A stretch of 64,000 nt of DNA from an uncultured Bacteroidales bacterium (GTDB lineage: Bacteria; Bacteroidota; Bacteroidia; Bacteroidales; F082), in the NCBI GenBank assembly GCA_905236635.1, contig CAJOCJ010000005.1:98045-162044 (forward strand). The letters run 5' to 3'. Position 1 is the stretch's first letter, and each line of letters begins with the position of its first letter. The translations under genes were made by a program, and so were the position numbers. The notes under the pieces were generated by a model. That model was not told the DNA's origin, did no database searches, and saw only the letters and a program-made list of their open reading frames with translations. This document shows positions 37,036 to 44,941 of this stretch, in pieces.

Positions 37036-37149
37036 CGTCATTTCGAGCGTAACGAAGTGAAGTCGAGAAATCCTCCATAATCCTATGCTTTCGTTGATTG
37101 AGGATTTCTCCACTACGCTCCATTTCATTACGCTTCGGTCGAAATGACG
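37036..37149. repeat. palindromic miniature repeat, full copy (ribBA-ribH junction)
   Basis: Left arm CGTCATTTCGAGCGTAACGAAGTGAAGTCGAGAAATCCTC (37036-37075), a 24-nt spacer, then right arm GAGGATTTCTCCACTACGCTCCATTTCATTACGCTTCGGTCGAAATGACG (37100-37149). The arms are inverted copies of each other. Confidence 0.9.
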
Positions 37150-38363
37150 GGAGTGACGTCTTTCACATGAAGCATGTGCCCCATTTTCTTGTATTTCGTG
37201 TATAGATAAAATGCGTCCTTTTCGTTACAAGTCATCTCGATAGGCTCGCGACCGACAATTTCGATGCCATAGCCTTCCAAACCACTGATCTTCATCGGGT
37301 TATTGGTCATCACGATAATTTTTCTGGCACCCAAATCGGCCAAAATCTCAGCGCCAGTGCCGTAGTCGCGCAGGTCGGCGGCGAAACCGAGTGCGAGGTT
37401 AGCCTCGACGGTGTCCATGCCCTTGTCCTGTAAGGTATAGGCTTTGAGTTTGTTTATCAAGCCGATGCCGCGACCTTCCTGGCGGAGATAAAGCAACACG
37501 CCCCTACCCTTCGCCTCGATACGGCGCATGGCCTCCTGGAGCTGCTCGCCACAGTCACAACGCATGGAGCCGAAAGCGTCACCTGTCAGGCATTCAGAGT
37601 GTACGCGGCATAAGACAGGCTCAGGAGTGGTAAGATCGCCTTTCACCAGAGCCACATGATGCTCGCCGGAGATTTTGTCAACGAAACCGATGGCTTTGAA
37701 AGTGCCATATTTTGTTGGCAGTTCGGCCTCTGTGACACGTTCTACCAACACCTCAGTCTTACGACGATATTTTATCAGTTCAGCTATCGAAGTGATTTTC
37801 AGGTTGTTAGCCTTAGCAAACTGCAACAGTTCTGTTGTGCGCATCATGGTGCCGTCTTCACGCATGATTTCGCAGCACAAACCGCATTCCTTCAGTCCTG
37901 CGAGGCGCATCAAATCGACGGTAGCCTCAGTGTGGCCGCCACGTTTCAACACACCACCTTCGCGTGCCTCAAGCGGAAACATATGGCCTGGACGACGGAA
38001 ATCCTCAGGACGGATGCCGTCTTCCACCACTTTGCGAGCAGTGATAGAGCGTTCCACTGCCGAGATGCCTGTTGTAGTATCGCGATAATCAATGGAGACG
38101 GTGAAGGCAGTGCAGTGATTGTCGGTATTCTCCACCACCATTTGATTGAGCTTCAAGCGTTTACATATCTCAGAGCTCATCGGCATGCAGATCAAACCCT
38201 TGCCGTACGACGCCATAAAATTCACGTTTTCGACGGTCGCAAACTCAGCTGCACAAATCAAATCGCCTTCGTTCTCACGGTCAGGGTCATCGACAACGAT
38301 GATCATCTTGCCGTTACGCAACTCTTCCAACGCTTCCTCAATAGTGTTAAAATCCTTATTCAT
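37128..38363 (-). CDS. ribBA: bifunctional 3,4-dihydroxy-2-butanone-4-phosphate synthase / GTP cyclohydrolase II
   Basis: 411 aa with DHBP synthase (DRENEGDL) and GCH II ([15 protein letters not shown]) motifs. The last codons (..VISTEA) and the stop lie inside the repeat. Confidence 0.95.
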   Translation of the reverse strand: MNKDFNTIEEALEELRNGKMIIVVDDPDRENEGDLICAAEFATVENVNFMASYGKGLICMPMSSEICKRLKLNQMVVENTDNHCTAFTVSIDYRDTTTGISAVERSITARKVVEDGIRPEDFRRPGHMFPLEAREGGVLKRGGHTEATVDLMRLAGLKECGLCCEIMREDGTMMRTTELLQFAKANNLKITSIAELIKYRRKTEVLVERVTEAELPTKYGTFKAIGFVDKISGEHHVALVKGDLTTPEPVLCRVHSECLTGDAFGSMRCDCGEQLQEAMRRIEAKGRGVLLYLRQEGRGIGLINKLKAYTLQDKGMDTVEANLALGFAADLRDYGTGAEILADLGARKIIVMTNNPMKISGLEGYGIEIVGREPIEMTCNEKDAFYLYTKYKKMGHMLHVKDVTPVISTEA

Positions 38364-38368
38364 TTATG

Positions 38369-39010
38369 TTAAAAATTATTGTCATTCAATAAGTTAAGTA
38401 AGTTTTCGTCTCTTCTTGCAGAAAAACTCCCCACAAACTTTTCGATATATTTCCCAACGATATCGTTCTCCAAATTGACGGTCTCGCCCACTTTTTTCTT
38501 TGTCAAAGTGGTGGCGTCCTGGGTGTGTTCAATGACAGAAACACCAAAATCGAAGTTACTTACATCGGTGACTGTCAACGAGATACCGTCGATGGTGATG
38601 GAGCCTTTTTCCACGATATATTTCAAAATCTCAGGACGTGTATCTATTTTTATGCGAATAGCCTTGTCGTCCTTAGTCATTTTTGAGATGATGCCGGTGC
38701 CGTCGATATGTCCCGAGACTATATGTCCGCCAAAACGACCATTTGCAGGCATCGCGCGTTCACAATTCACTAAGTCGTTGACTCTCAAATCTTTGAAGTT
38801 GGTACGATTCATTGTCTCAGGCATAACATCTGCTGTATATGAGCTGTCGTCGAATGTCGTCACCGTCAGACAAACACCGTTAGTGCAGATGCTGTCGCCA
38901 ATGTGCATGTCCTCCAGAATCTTATTGACTGCTATAGTCAGTTTGATGCTGTTGGAGTGCCGAACTATGGCTTTCACCTTGCCGATTTCCTCAATTATTC
39001 CCGTGAACAT
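38369..39010 (-). CDS. ribE: riboflavin synthase (alpha chain)
   Basis: 213 aa. MFTGIIEE start and a duplicated lumazine-binding repeat (GDSI..NGVCLTV / GSITIDGISLTV). Confidence 0.95.
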   Translation of the reverse strand: MFTGIIEEIGKVKAIVRHSNSIKLTIAVNKILEDMHIGDSICTNGVCLTVTTFDDSSYTADVMPETMNRTNFKDLRVNDLVNCERAMPANGRFGGHIVSGHIDGTGIISKMTKDDKAIRIKIDTRPEILKYIVEKGSITIDGISLTVTDVSNFDFGVSVIEHTQDATTLTKKKVGETVNLENDIVGKYIEKFVGSFSARRDENLLNLLNDNNF

Positions 39011-40170
39011 ATCTTTCCTTTTATTAAAATATCTCCGTTAATATTCTGAATATCAATATCTTGCAATTTTATCGCATCGCACATCCTGTCGATTCCCTTG
39101 CCTGCGACAGGTGTCTTTGCGTCGCTTCCTCCGATAATTTTCGGTGCTATGAATGCCCACACCTCGTCGACGCAGCCAGCCTCGAGGAATGCGGCATTCA
39201 GGGTGCCGCCGCCTTCTAACAATAATGAATCAATGCCATGCGCGCCTAACTGTGTCATAAGGTCGTTAATGTCGACATGGCCATCTTTTGATGCACAATG
39301 AATAACCTCAAGACCTCTCATTTCCAGCGTTTGCTGGGAGTCGAGGAATCCTTTTTGTTTGTTAACGTTTAAAGAGGATTTCTCCACTTCGCTCCGCTCT
39401 GCTTCGCTTCGGTCGAAATGACGGCAAGCAACGATTGTCCTGTATTCTTTTGCTGTCTTAACCAATTGAGAATCAATAGGAATCCTTAAATTTGAATCAA
39501 CAACTATGCGTATCGGCTGGTGATAATTTCCATCCAATCGGCAATTCAGCATTGGGTTGTCGGCAATGACGGTGTTAATTCCGACCACCACACCTGCCAT
39601 TTCGCTTCTTAATTCATGCACCATTTTGCGTGATTCTTCGTTCGTCACCCATTTGGAATCGCCAGTATGTGCTGCTATTTTCCCATCAAGTGTCATAGCA
39701 GTCTTCATAATGACGTAAGGTCGTTTGGTGGTTATATATTTCAAAAACACCTTGTTCAGTTCTCGGATCTCGTTTTCGCAGATGCCCACCTCCACTTCAA
39801 TGCCGGCGTTTTGCAGAATCTTCACGCCTTTCCCTGCCACAAGTGGGTTTGGGTCGAGGATGCCCACGAATACTTTTTTAATGCCTTTTTCAATGATGAT
39901 TTTGGTGCAAGGAGGCGTTTTACCGTAATGGCAACAAGGTTCAAGTGTTACATAAAGTAAAGCGCCTTTAGTCTCTGACTGACAATTTGTTAAAGCATTA
40001 CGTTCAGCATGAAATTCGCCATATTTTTCATGGTATCCTTCGGCGATGACCTGGTCGTCTTTCACCACGACGCAGCCCACCAGAGGATTAGGATGGACGA
40101 AGCCTCCGCCCTTCTTCGCGAGCTCTATCGCCCGCCTCATGAATTCGATGTCTTTTTCGCAATATGACAT
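38995..40170 (-). CDS. ribD: bifunctional riboflavin biosynthesis deaminase/reductase, carrying a 35-codon repeat-derived insertion
   Basis: 391 aa with a CMP/dCMP deaminase zinc motif (HAE...PCxxC: EPCCHYGKTPPC) and a reductase domain. Residues RHFDRSEAERSEVEKSSLNVNKQKGFLDSQQTLEM are encoded by repeat 39319-39423. Confidence 0.93.
   Translation of the reverse strand: MSYCEKDIEFMRRAIELAKKGGGFVHPNPLVGCVVVKDDQVIAEGYHEKYGEFHAERNALTNCQSETKGALLYVTLEPCCHYGKTPPCTKIIIEKGIKKVFVGILDPNPLVAGKGVKILQNAGIEVEVGICENEIRELNKVFLKYITTKRPYVIMKTAMTLDGKIAAHTGDSKWVTNEESRKMVHELRSEMAGVVVGINTVIADNPMLNCRLDGNYHQPIRIVVDSNLRIPIDSQLVKTAKEYRTIVACRHFDRSEAERSEVEKSSLNVNKQKGFLDSQQTLEMRGLEVIHCASKDGHVDINDLMTQLGAHGIDSLLLEGGGTLNAAFLEAGCVDEVWAFIAPKIIGGSDAKTPVAGKGIDRMCDAIKLQDIDIQNINGDILIKGKICSRE
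39319..39423. repeat. palindromic miniature repeat, full copy inside ribD (in frame)
   Basis: Degenerate left arm TCATTTCCAGCGTTTGCTGGGAGTCGAGGAATCC, a spacer, then right arm GAGGATTTCTCCACTTCGCTCCGCTCTGCTTCGCTTCGGTCGAAATGACG (39374-39423). The length is 105 nt, exactly 35 codons. Confidence 0.88.
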
Positions 40171-40200
40171 AAAAAAAGCCCCAAATATAACATCAGGGCA
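40171..40200 (-). terminator. candidate riboswitch expression-platform terminator
   Basis: The minus-strand RNA reads GCCCU-12 nt-GGGGC followed by UUUUUUU, ending directly at the ribD AUG. The stem is short. Confidence 0.45.
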
Positions 40201-40228
40201 TCATATTATGAAAAATTAATCAATTAAA

Positions 40229-40345
40229 ACTTCTCTCATCCGGACTATCACCGTCGGTTTCGGAATTTCACCGAATCAGTTCCCCTTGGGGAAGTCGCGG
40301 ACTGTTACCGCCGGAAAGGAATTTCACCTTGCCCTGAAGTTTTAG
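40229..40345 (-). promoter_or_regulatory. FMN riboswitch (RFN element)
   Basis: The minus strand reads CTTCAGGGCAAGGTGAAATTCCTTTCCGGCGGTAACAGTCCGCGAC...TTCGGTGAAATTCCGAAACCGACGGTGATAGTCCGGATGAGAGAAG, matching the conserved RFN core. It lies upstream of ribD. Confidence 0.92.
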
Positions 40346-40349
40346 ACTG

Positions 40350-40357
40350 CAAAGATA
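40350..40357 (-). promoter_or_regulatory. -7 box (TAnnTTTG) for the rib operon
   Basis: The reverse complement is TATCTTTG, immediately upstream of the riboswitch. Confidence 0.65.
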
Positions 40358-40376
40358 CACATTTTTTGAATATGTA

Positions 40377-41396
40377 TCACATTTTATTCAATTTTTTTAA
40401 CAAAACGAAGTCGAGGGTGACCATTGCGGCCATCGCCTCCACCATCGGAATAACACGTGGGACGACGCACACATCGTGGCGTCCTTGAATCTCTATCGTC
40501 GTCGGATTTCCTTGAATGTCAACGGTTTGCTGAGGCTGCATTATCGATGGTATTGGCTTGAAGGCGACCTTGAAAACGACGTCTTCGCCATTTGTAATAC
40601 CACCTTGAACGCCGCCGCCGTGGTTTGTTGCCGTGCCTATCCTGCCACCGCAAGTTACGAATGCATCGTTGCACTCACTCCCTCTCATGGCGGCGGCGTT
40701 GAAGCCCTCGCCTATTTCAAACCCCTTGGCAGCGTTGATGCTCATCATAGCCTGTGCAAGGACGGCATGGAATTTCTTAAATGCGGGCTCTCCCAGCCCC
40801 ACAGGGACGTTTTTTATGATTCCGCGGACAACGGCGCCCACGGTATCCTTTTCTTCTCTAAAACGGCTTAAAATGCGTTCTATGTCGTCTTTCGAGAAGC
40901 TGTCGCTACGTTCCTCGCCTATTTGGACGACATCCGACTGGATTTCAATGCCTTGTGTTGCAAGAATCTGCTTGGCGATAGCACCCACCACCACGCAAGG
41001 CAGCAAAGTGCGCGCGGAACCACGACCTCCACCAGCATAATCCCTTATGCCATACTTCATCTGATAGGTGAAGTCAGCATGCGACGGACGAAAAACGTTC
41101 TTAATGTTTTCATAATCAGAAGGTTTCGCGTCCTTGTTGCGGATGATAAATGCTATCGGGGTGCCTGTGGTCTTGCCTTCGAAAAGCCCGGAGAGGAACT
41201 CCACCTCATCGGGTTCCTTGCGCATCGACATGGCGTTGTTTTGTCCAGATTTCCTGCGTAACAGGTCGTTTTCAATCAACGACTTGTCAAGCAAAATGCC
41301 AGCGGGGCAACCGTCGATTACTCCGCCGATAGCTGCCCCGTGTGACTCTCCGAATGTGGTCAGACAAAATGCCGTTCCAAATGTATTCGAATTCAA
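40377..41396 (-). CDS. aroC: chorismate synthase
   Basis: 339 aa. TTFGESHG and GGGRSSAR-like (GGGRGSARTL) motifs. The start is a TTG directly abutting the upstream stop codon. Confidence 0.93.
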   Translation of the reverse strand: MNSNTFGTAFCLTTFGESHGAAIGGVIDGCPAGILLDKSLIENDLLRRKSGQNNAMSMRKEPDEVEFLSGLFEGKTTGTPIAFIIRNKDAKPSDYENIKNVFRPSHADFTYQMKYGIRDYAGGGRGSARTLLPCVVVGAIAKQILATQGIEIQSDVVQIGEERSDSFSKDDIERILSRFREEKDTVGAVVRGIIKNVPVGLGEPAFKKFHAVLAQAMMSINAAKGFEIGEGFNAAAMRGSECNDAFVTCGGRIGTATNHGGGVQGGITNGEDVVFKVAFKPIPSIMQPQQTVDIQGNPTTIEIQGRHDVCVVPRVIPMVEAMAAMVTLDFVLLKKLNKM

Positions 41397-43322
41397 TTAT
41401 TGTTCGTTTAAGATTTTGATCTTAGCCTCAAGAACCTTGACGTCGTTCTTGATCTTGGCGATTTTCTTCTCGTATTCGGCCTTCAGAATCTCAGCCTGCT
41501 TGCTGCTTGCGAAGAATCCGATGTTGTTTTCGAGAGTGATAATCTCTTCACGCATCTTCTGGATCTTGTTCTGCAGGTTGAGGCGTTCTCTTCTGACCTT
41601 GTCGCGTGAATCAGGGTCTTCTTTCATACCTGATATCATTGTGCGATACTCGCTGGTAGTCAATTCGTTATCGTTGGCACGCAGCTTGTCGAACAGTCCG
41701 TCGATGAGGCTGCGGTATTCGTTTTGGATAGCGTCTTTGACTTTCATCGGAACGTGGCCTATCGCCATCCATTCACGCTGGAATCCGCGGATAGCCTCCA
41801 TATTCTCGTTACGGTCTTTCTTGAATTCAAAGGCTTTGATACGCTCGATGAGTTCTTTCTTTGCCTTGAGGTTGGCGTCTTCCTCGTCTTTACGACCTGA
41901 GAAATGCTCTGATTTCTTGCCGAAGAAGGCGTCGCAAGCGCTGCGGAAACGTTTCCAAATCTTATCTGAATGACGCTTCGGCACCGGACCGATGGTCTTC
42001 CATTCTTCCTGGAGCTTCTTGATGCGGTCGGTGGTCTTCTTCCACTCTGTCGAATCGACGAGATTCTCAACCTCCACGCAGATTTGCAGCTTCTTGTTGT
42101 AGTTTTCCATCTGCTGCACCTTGAGCTTGTTGAAGAACTCTTTCTTTGCCTCGAAGAAGGTGTTCATGGCGCCTTTGAAGCGGTTCCAGATCTCTTCGCT
42201 CTGTTTCTTCGCCACCGGACCTATCTCCTTCCACATCTTGAACAACTCGTTGACGTCGTTTGACTTCTTCTGATATGCGTTGATGCTGTTAACAGGCTCA
42301 TTTACAATCTCTTCCATCTTGATGCAGATGGCTTCTTTTGACTCATAGTTAGCCTTCTGTTCCTCTTCCAGCTTGGCGTAATGCTCGCGGCGAATCTGGT
42401 TTACCTTGTCGGTGGTGTTCTTGAAGCGCTCCCAGATCTCTTCTTTCTTGTCAGCCGGAACAGGTCCGATTTCCTTCCATTCGTCGTGATATTTCTGGAG
42501 GAGTTTGAATGCTTTCGTCAGTGATTTCTCAAGAAGCAGAAGTTCTGCCTTCTCGCAAAGCTCAATCTTAGCCTCAAGGTTCTTCTTGAGGTCGAGGTCA
42601 CGCAACTCTCTGTTGATCTTGACTTTATCGTAGAATTTCTCGATGAAGAAATGATATGTGTTCCAAATATTCGAAATCTCGTTGGCAGGTACCTGACCGA
42701 TCTCTTTCCATCTGTCCTGAAGGGCGCGGAAGTCGTCGTAGGTCTTCTTCAGAGTCTCTTCTGAGTTGATCAAAGCTTTGAGTTCCTCAATGATACCAAG
42801 CTTTTTTTGAAGGTTGTCGACTTTCTGTTTCTCGAGTTCTTCTTTGTATTTGTCCTTATTTTTCTTGTAAATGTCAAAAGCAGCCTTGAAACGCACCTCA
42901 AGCGGGTCGTCATTATGCTCGTAGCTGTCTTTGTCGCCACCGTCAAGGATAAACTGTTCCATTTCTTTGTCACGGTCTATCTTATTGAGTTTCAAGAAGT
43001 TGGCTTTAATCGCAGCGACTTTGTCCTTGATCTTGGCGATGTCCGTATCCTGGACTGTTTCTTCAAGAAGTTCAACGAGTTGCAGCTTGTTAAGATTCGA
43101 GAAATCGAATTCCGATTCTTCTTCAATCTCCTCGTTTTCGTTGTCGTTGGCCAAATCGAGTTCGGCTTCCTGCGGAATCTCCTCATTTTGTGGGATAATT
43201 TCTTCCTTTGGAAGTGTCACTTCTTCTTCATTCACATCAATTTTTACATTGATTTTAACAGAACCCGGCAAAATTGTCGGCTGGTTGAGTTTCTCAATTG
43301 TCTTGAGTTCGGTAGCGTTCAT
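41397..43322 (-). CDS. DUF349 repeat protein
   Basis: About eight repeats of the W(K/E)EIGPVP...(E/D)IW.RF unit, with an acidic N-terminus. I prefer ATG 43322 (MNATELK) to the TTG at 43346 used by the ORF track. Confidence 0.85.
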   Translation of the reverse strand: MNATELKTIEKLNQPTILPGSVKINVKIDVNEEEVTLPKEEIIPQNEEIPQEAELDLANDNENEEIEEESEFDFSNLNKLQLVELLEETVQDTDIAKIKDKVAAIKANFLKLNKIDRDKEMEQFILDGGDKDSYEHNDDPLEVRFKAAFDIYKKNKDKYKEELEKQKVDNLQKKLGIIEELKALINSEETLKKTYDDFRALQDRWKEIGQVPANEISNIWNTYHFFIEKFYDKVKINRELRDLDLKKNLEAKIELCEKAELLLLEKSLTKAFKLLQKYHDEWKEIGPVPADKKEEIWERFKNTTDKVNQIRREHYAKLEEEQKANYESKEAICIKMEEIVNEPVNSINAYQKKSNDVNELFKMWKEIGPVAKKQSEEIWNRFKGAMNTFFEAKKEFFNKLKVQQMENYNKKLQICVEVENLVDSTEWKKTTDRIKKLQEEWKTIGPVPKRHSDKIWKRFRSACDAFFGKKSEHFSGRKDEEDANLKAKKELIERIKAFEFKKDRNENMEAIRGFQREWMAIGHVPMKVKDAIQNEYRSLIDGLFDKLRANDNELTTSEYRTMISGMKEDPDSRDKVRRERLNLQNKIQKMREEIITLENNIGFFASSKQAEILKAEYEKKIAKIKNDVKVLEAKIKILNEQ

Positions 43323-43414
43323 TTTAGATAAATGTTTGATTATCAATAATTTAATAAAGTTGTTATCAGAATTCCGCTTTCGCGAAACACGATATGGGAG
43401 TATAAATCTCGCTG

Positions 43415-43422
43415 CAAAGATA
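43415..43422 (-). promoter_or_regulatory. -7 box (TAnnTTTG)
   Basis: The reverse complement is TATCTTTG, 92 nt upstream of ATG 43322. Confidence 0.5.
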
Positions 43423-43463
43423 ATAAATTTCTTAGTTTTGACAAATATTTGAAAAAATTTTTG

Positions 43464-43471
43464 TAAGTTTG
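43464..43471 (+). promoter_or_regulatory. -7 box (TAnnTTTG)
   Basis: TAAGTTTG lies 18 nt upstream of ATG 43490. Confidence 0.55.
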
Positions 43472-43489
43472 TAACCTAAAATTTTGGTT

Positions 43490-44941
43490 ATGATAACTGT
43501 TGACGACATAAAGAAAACGATTGCAGAACTCGTTGGAAGTATCGGTGAAAAGGCTTTGGAAATCAATGCGATGCCCAGTTCAGGCTCGTCGAGGCGCTAT
43601 TTTAGGGTTAAAACCGACAAGAGATTCCTGATTGGAGCTTTTAATCTCAACGTGGAGGAAAATGATGCCTTCTTCAGTTTTACAAAGCATTTCCATGAAT
43701 GCGGCCTCCCCGTTCCCGAAGTTTTGGCAGTGTCAAAATCCAAAGAAATCTATATCCAGACCGACCTTGGCGATGTCACTTTGTTCCATCATGTCGAAGA
43801 TTGTCTGAAAAACGGTCATTTTGATCCAAATACCATCGATTTATATAAAAAATCGCTCGACAAACTTATTGATTTTCAAATAGTTGGACACAAAGGACTG
43901 GATTATTCAAAAGCATTCCCGACGGCTGATTTCGATGAGATGTCGATAATGGACGACCTGAATTACTTCAAATATTGTTTCTTGAAGGAACACGAGGAGA
44001 TTGCGTTCAACGAGACACGCTTAGACGCTGATTTTCAGAAGCTTACACAATATATCCTCGAAGCGCCGTCCGACTTCTTCATGTATCGTGATTTTCAGTC
44101 ACGCAACATCATGATAGTCGACAAAGAACCGTATTTTATTGATTATCAAGGTGGTAGAAAAGGTCCTCTGCAATATGACGTGGTTTCGTTGCTATACCAG
44201 GTGAAGGCACGAATACCACAGGAATTGAGGGATGAATTGGTTGAGTATTACAAAATTAAACTGTTTGAACGAATTGAATGTGATTCATTCGATAAATATT
44301 TCCCGGCATTTGTGCTATTGAGGTTGTTGCAAGTCCTTGGCGCATACGGTTTTAGAGGATTGATTCAGAAGAAGGCGCATTTCATGCAGAGTATTCCATA
44401 CGCTATTCGCGAGATCATGTCGGTTAACGAAAAATGGCCTTTGCCGTTTGAATTGCCCGAGTTACAGTCGGTCATCAGGCAGTTTGGCATCTTGCTGTTG
44501 AAATATGAATATACTGAGCCTCAGAGACTTACGGTGACAGTCAACAGTTTCTCATTCAAAAACGGAGGTGTCCCGTACGACAATAGTGGCAACGGCGGCG
44601 GCTTCGTCTTTGACTGCAGAGCCTTGCCCAACCCCGGCCGCTACCCCGAATTCAAACAGGTGACGGGCGAAGCCGCCGCCGTGCAAGAGTTCATGGAGGA
44701 TAAACAAGACACTCATTTCTTTATGTCGAACGTACAACTGCTTGTTTATCAATCGATTGACAACTATCTTGAGCGCGGTTTCAAGCATCTTCAGATTAAC
44801 TTTGGATGCACGGGAGGACAGCACAGATCGGTGTATTTCGCACAAAAGATTGGCATGTTGATTCATGAAAACTACCCTATGGTTAATGTCGAAATCAATC
44901 ATTTGGCACAACATATAAGTCATTATTATGAAGCGAAATAG
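43490..44941 (+). CDS. AmgK-like anomeric sugar kinase (APH fold) fused to a RapZ C-terminal-like domain
   Basis: The N-terminal roughly 340 aa are kinase-like (GSSRRYFR, YRDFQSRNIM, DYQGGRKGPLQYDVVSLL). The C-terminal roughly 140 aa carry SFSFKNGGVP, FDCRALPNP and FGCTGGQHRSV motifs, matching RapZ/YvcJ C-domain signatures. ATG 43490 preferred to TTG 43484. Confidence 0.8.
   Translation: MITVDDIKKTIAELVGSIGEKALEINAMPSSGSSRRYFRVKTDKRFLIGAFNLNVEENDAFFSFTKHFHECGLPVPEVLAVSKSKEIYIQTDLGDVTLFHHVEDCLKNGHFDPNTIDLYKKSLDKLIDFQIVGHKGLDYSKAFPTADFDEMSIMDDLNYFKYCFLKEHEEIAFNETRLDADFQKLTQYILEAPSDFFMYRDFQSRNIMIVDKEPYFIDYQGGRKGPLQYDVVSLLYQVKARIPQELRDELVEYYKIKLFERIECDSFDKYFPAFVLLRLLQVLGAYGFRGLIQKKAHFMQSIPYAIREIMSVNEKWPLPFELPELQSVIRQFGILLLKYEYTEPQRLTVTVNSFSFKNGGVPYDNSGNGGGFVFDCRALPNPGRYPEFKQVTGEAAAVQEFMEDKQDTHFFMSNVQLLVYQSIDNYLERGFKHLQINFGCTGGQHRSVYFAQKIGMLIHENYPMVNVEINHLAQHISHYYEAK

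Noticed and set aside
37656-39041. Long plus-strand ORFs (238 aa, 137 aa, 220 aa) opposite ribBA and ribE.
   Set aside because: They are antisense shadows of highly conserved riboflavin genes and contain no recognisable motifs.
41134-41973. A 279-aa plus-strand ORF spanning the aroC/DUF349 junction.
   Set aside because: It is entirely antisense to two strongly recognisable genes. Its composition is Ser/Leu/Arg-rich and low-complexity, as is typical of the reverse frame of a Glu/Lys-rich gene. It has no promoter box.
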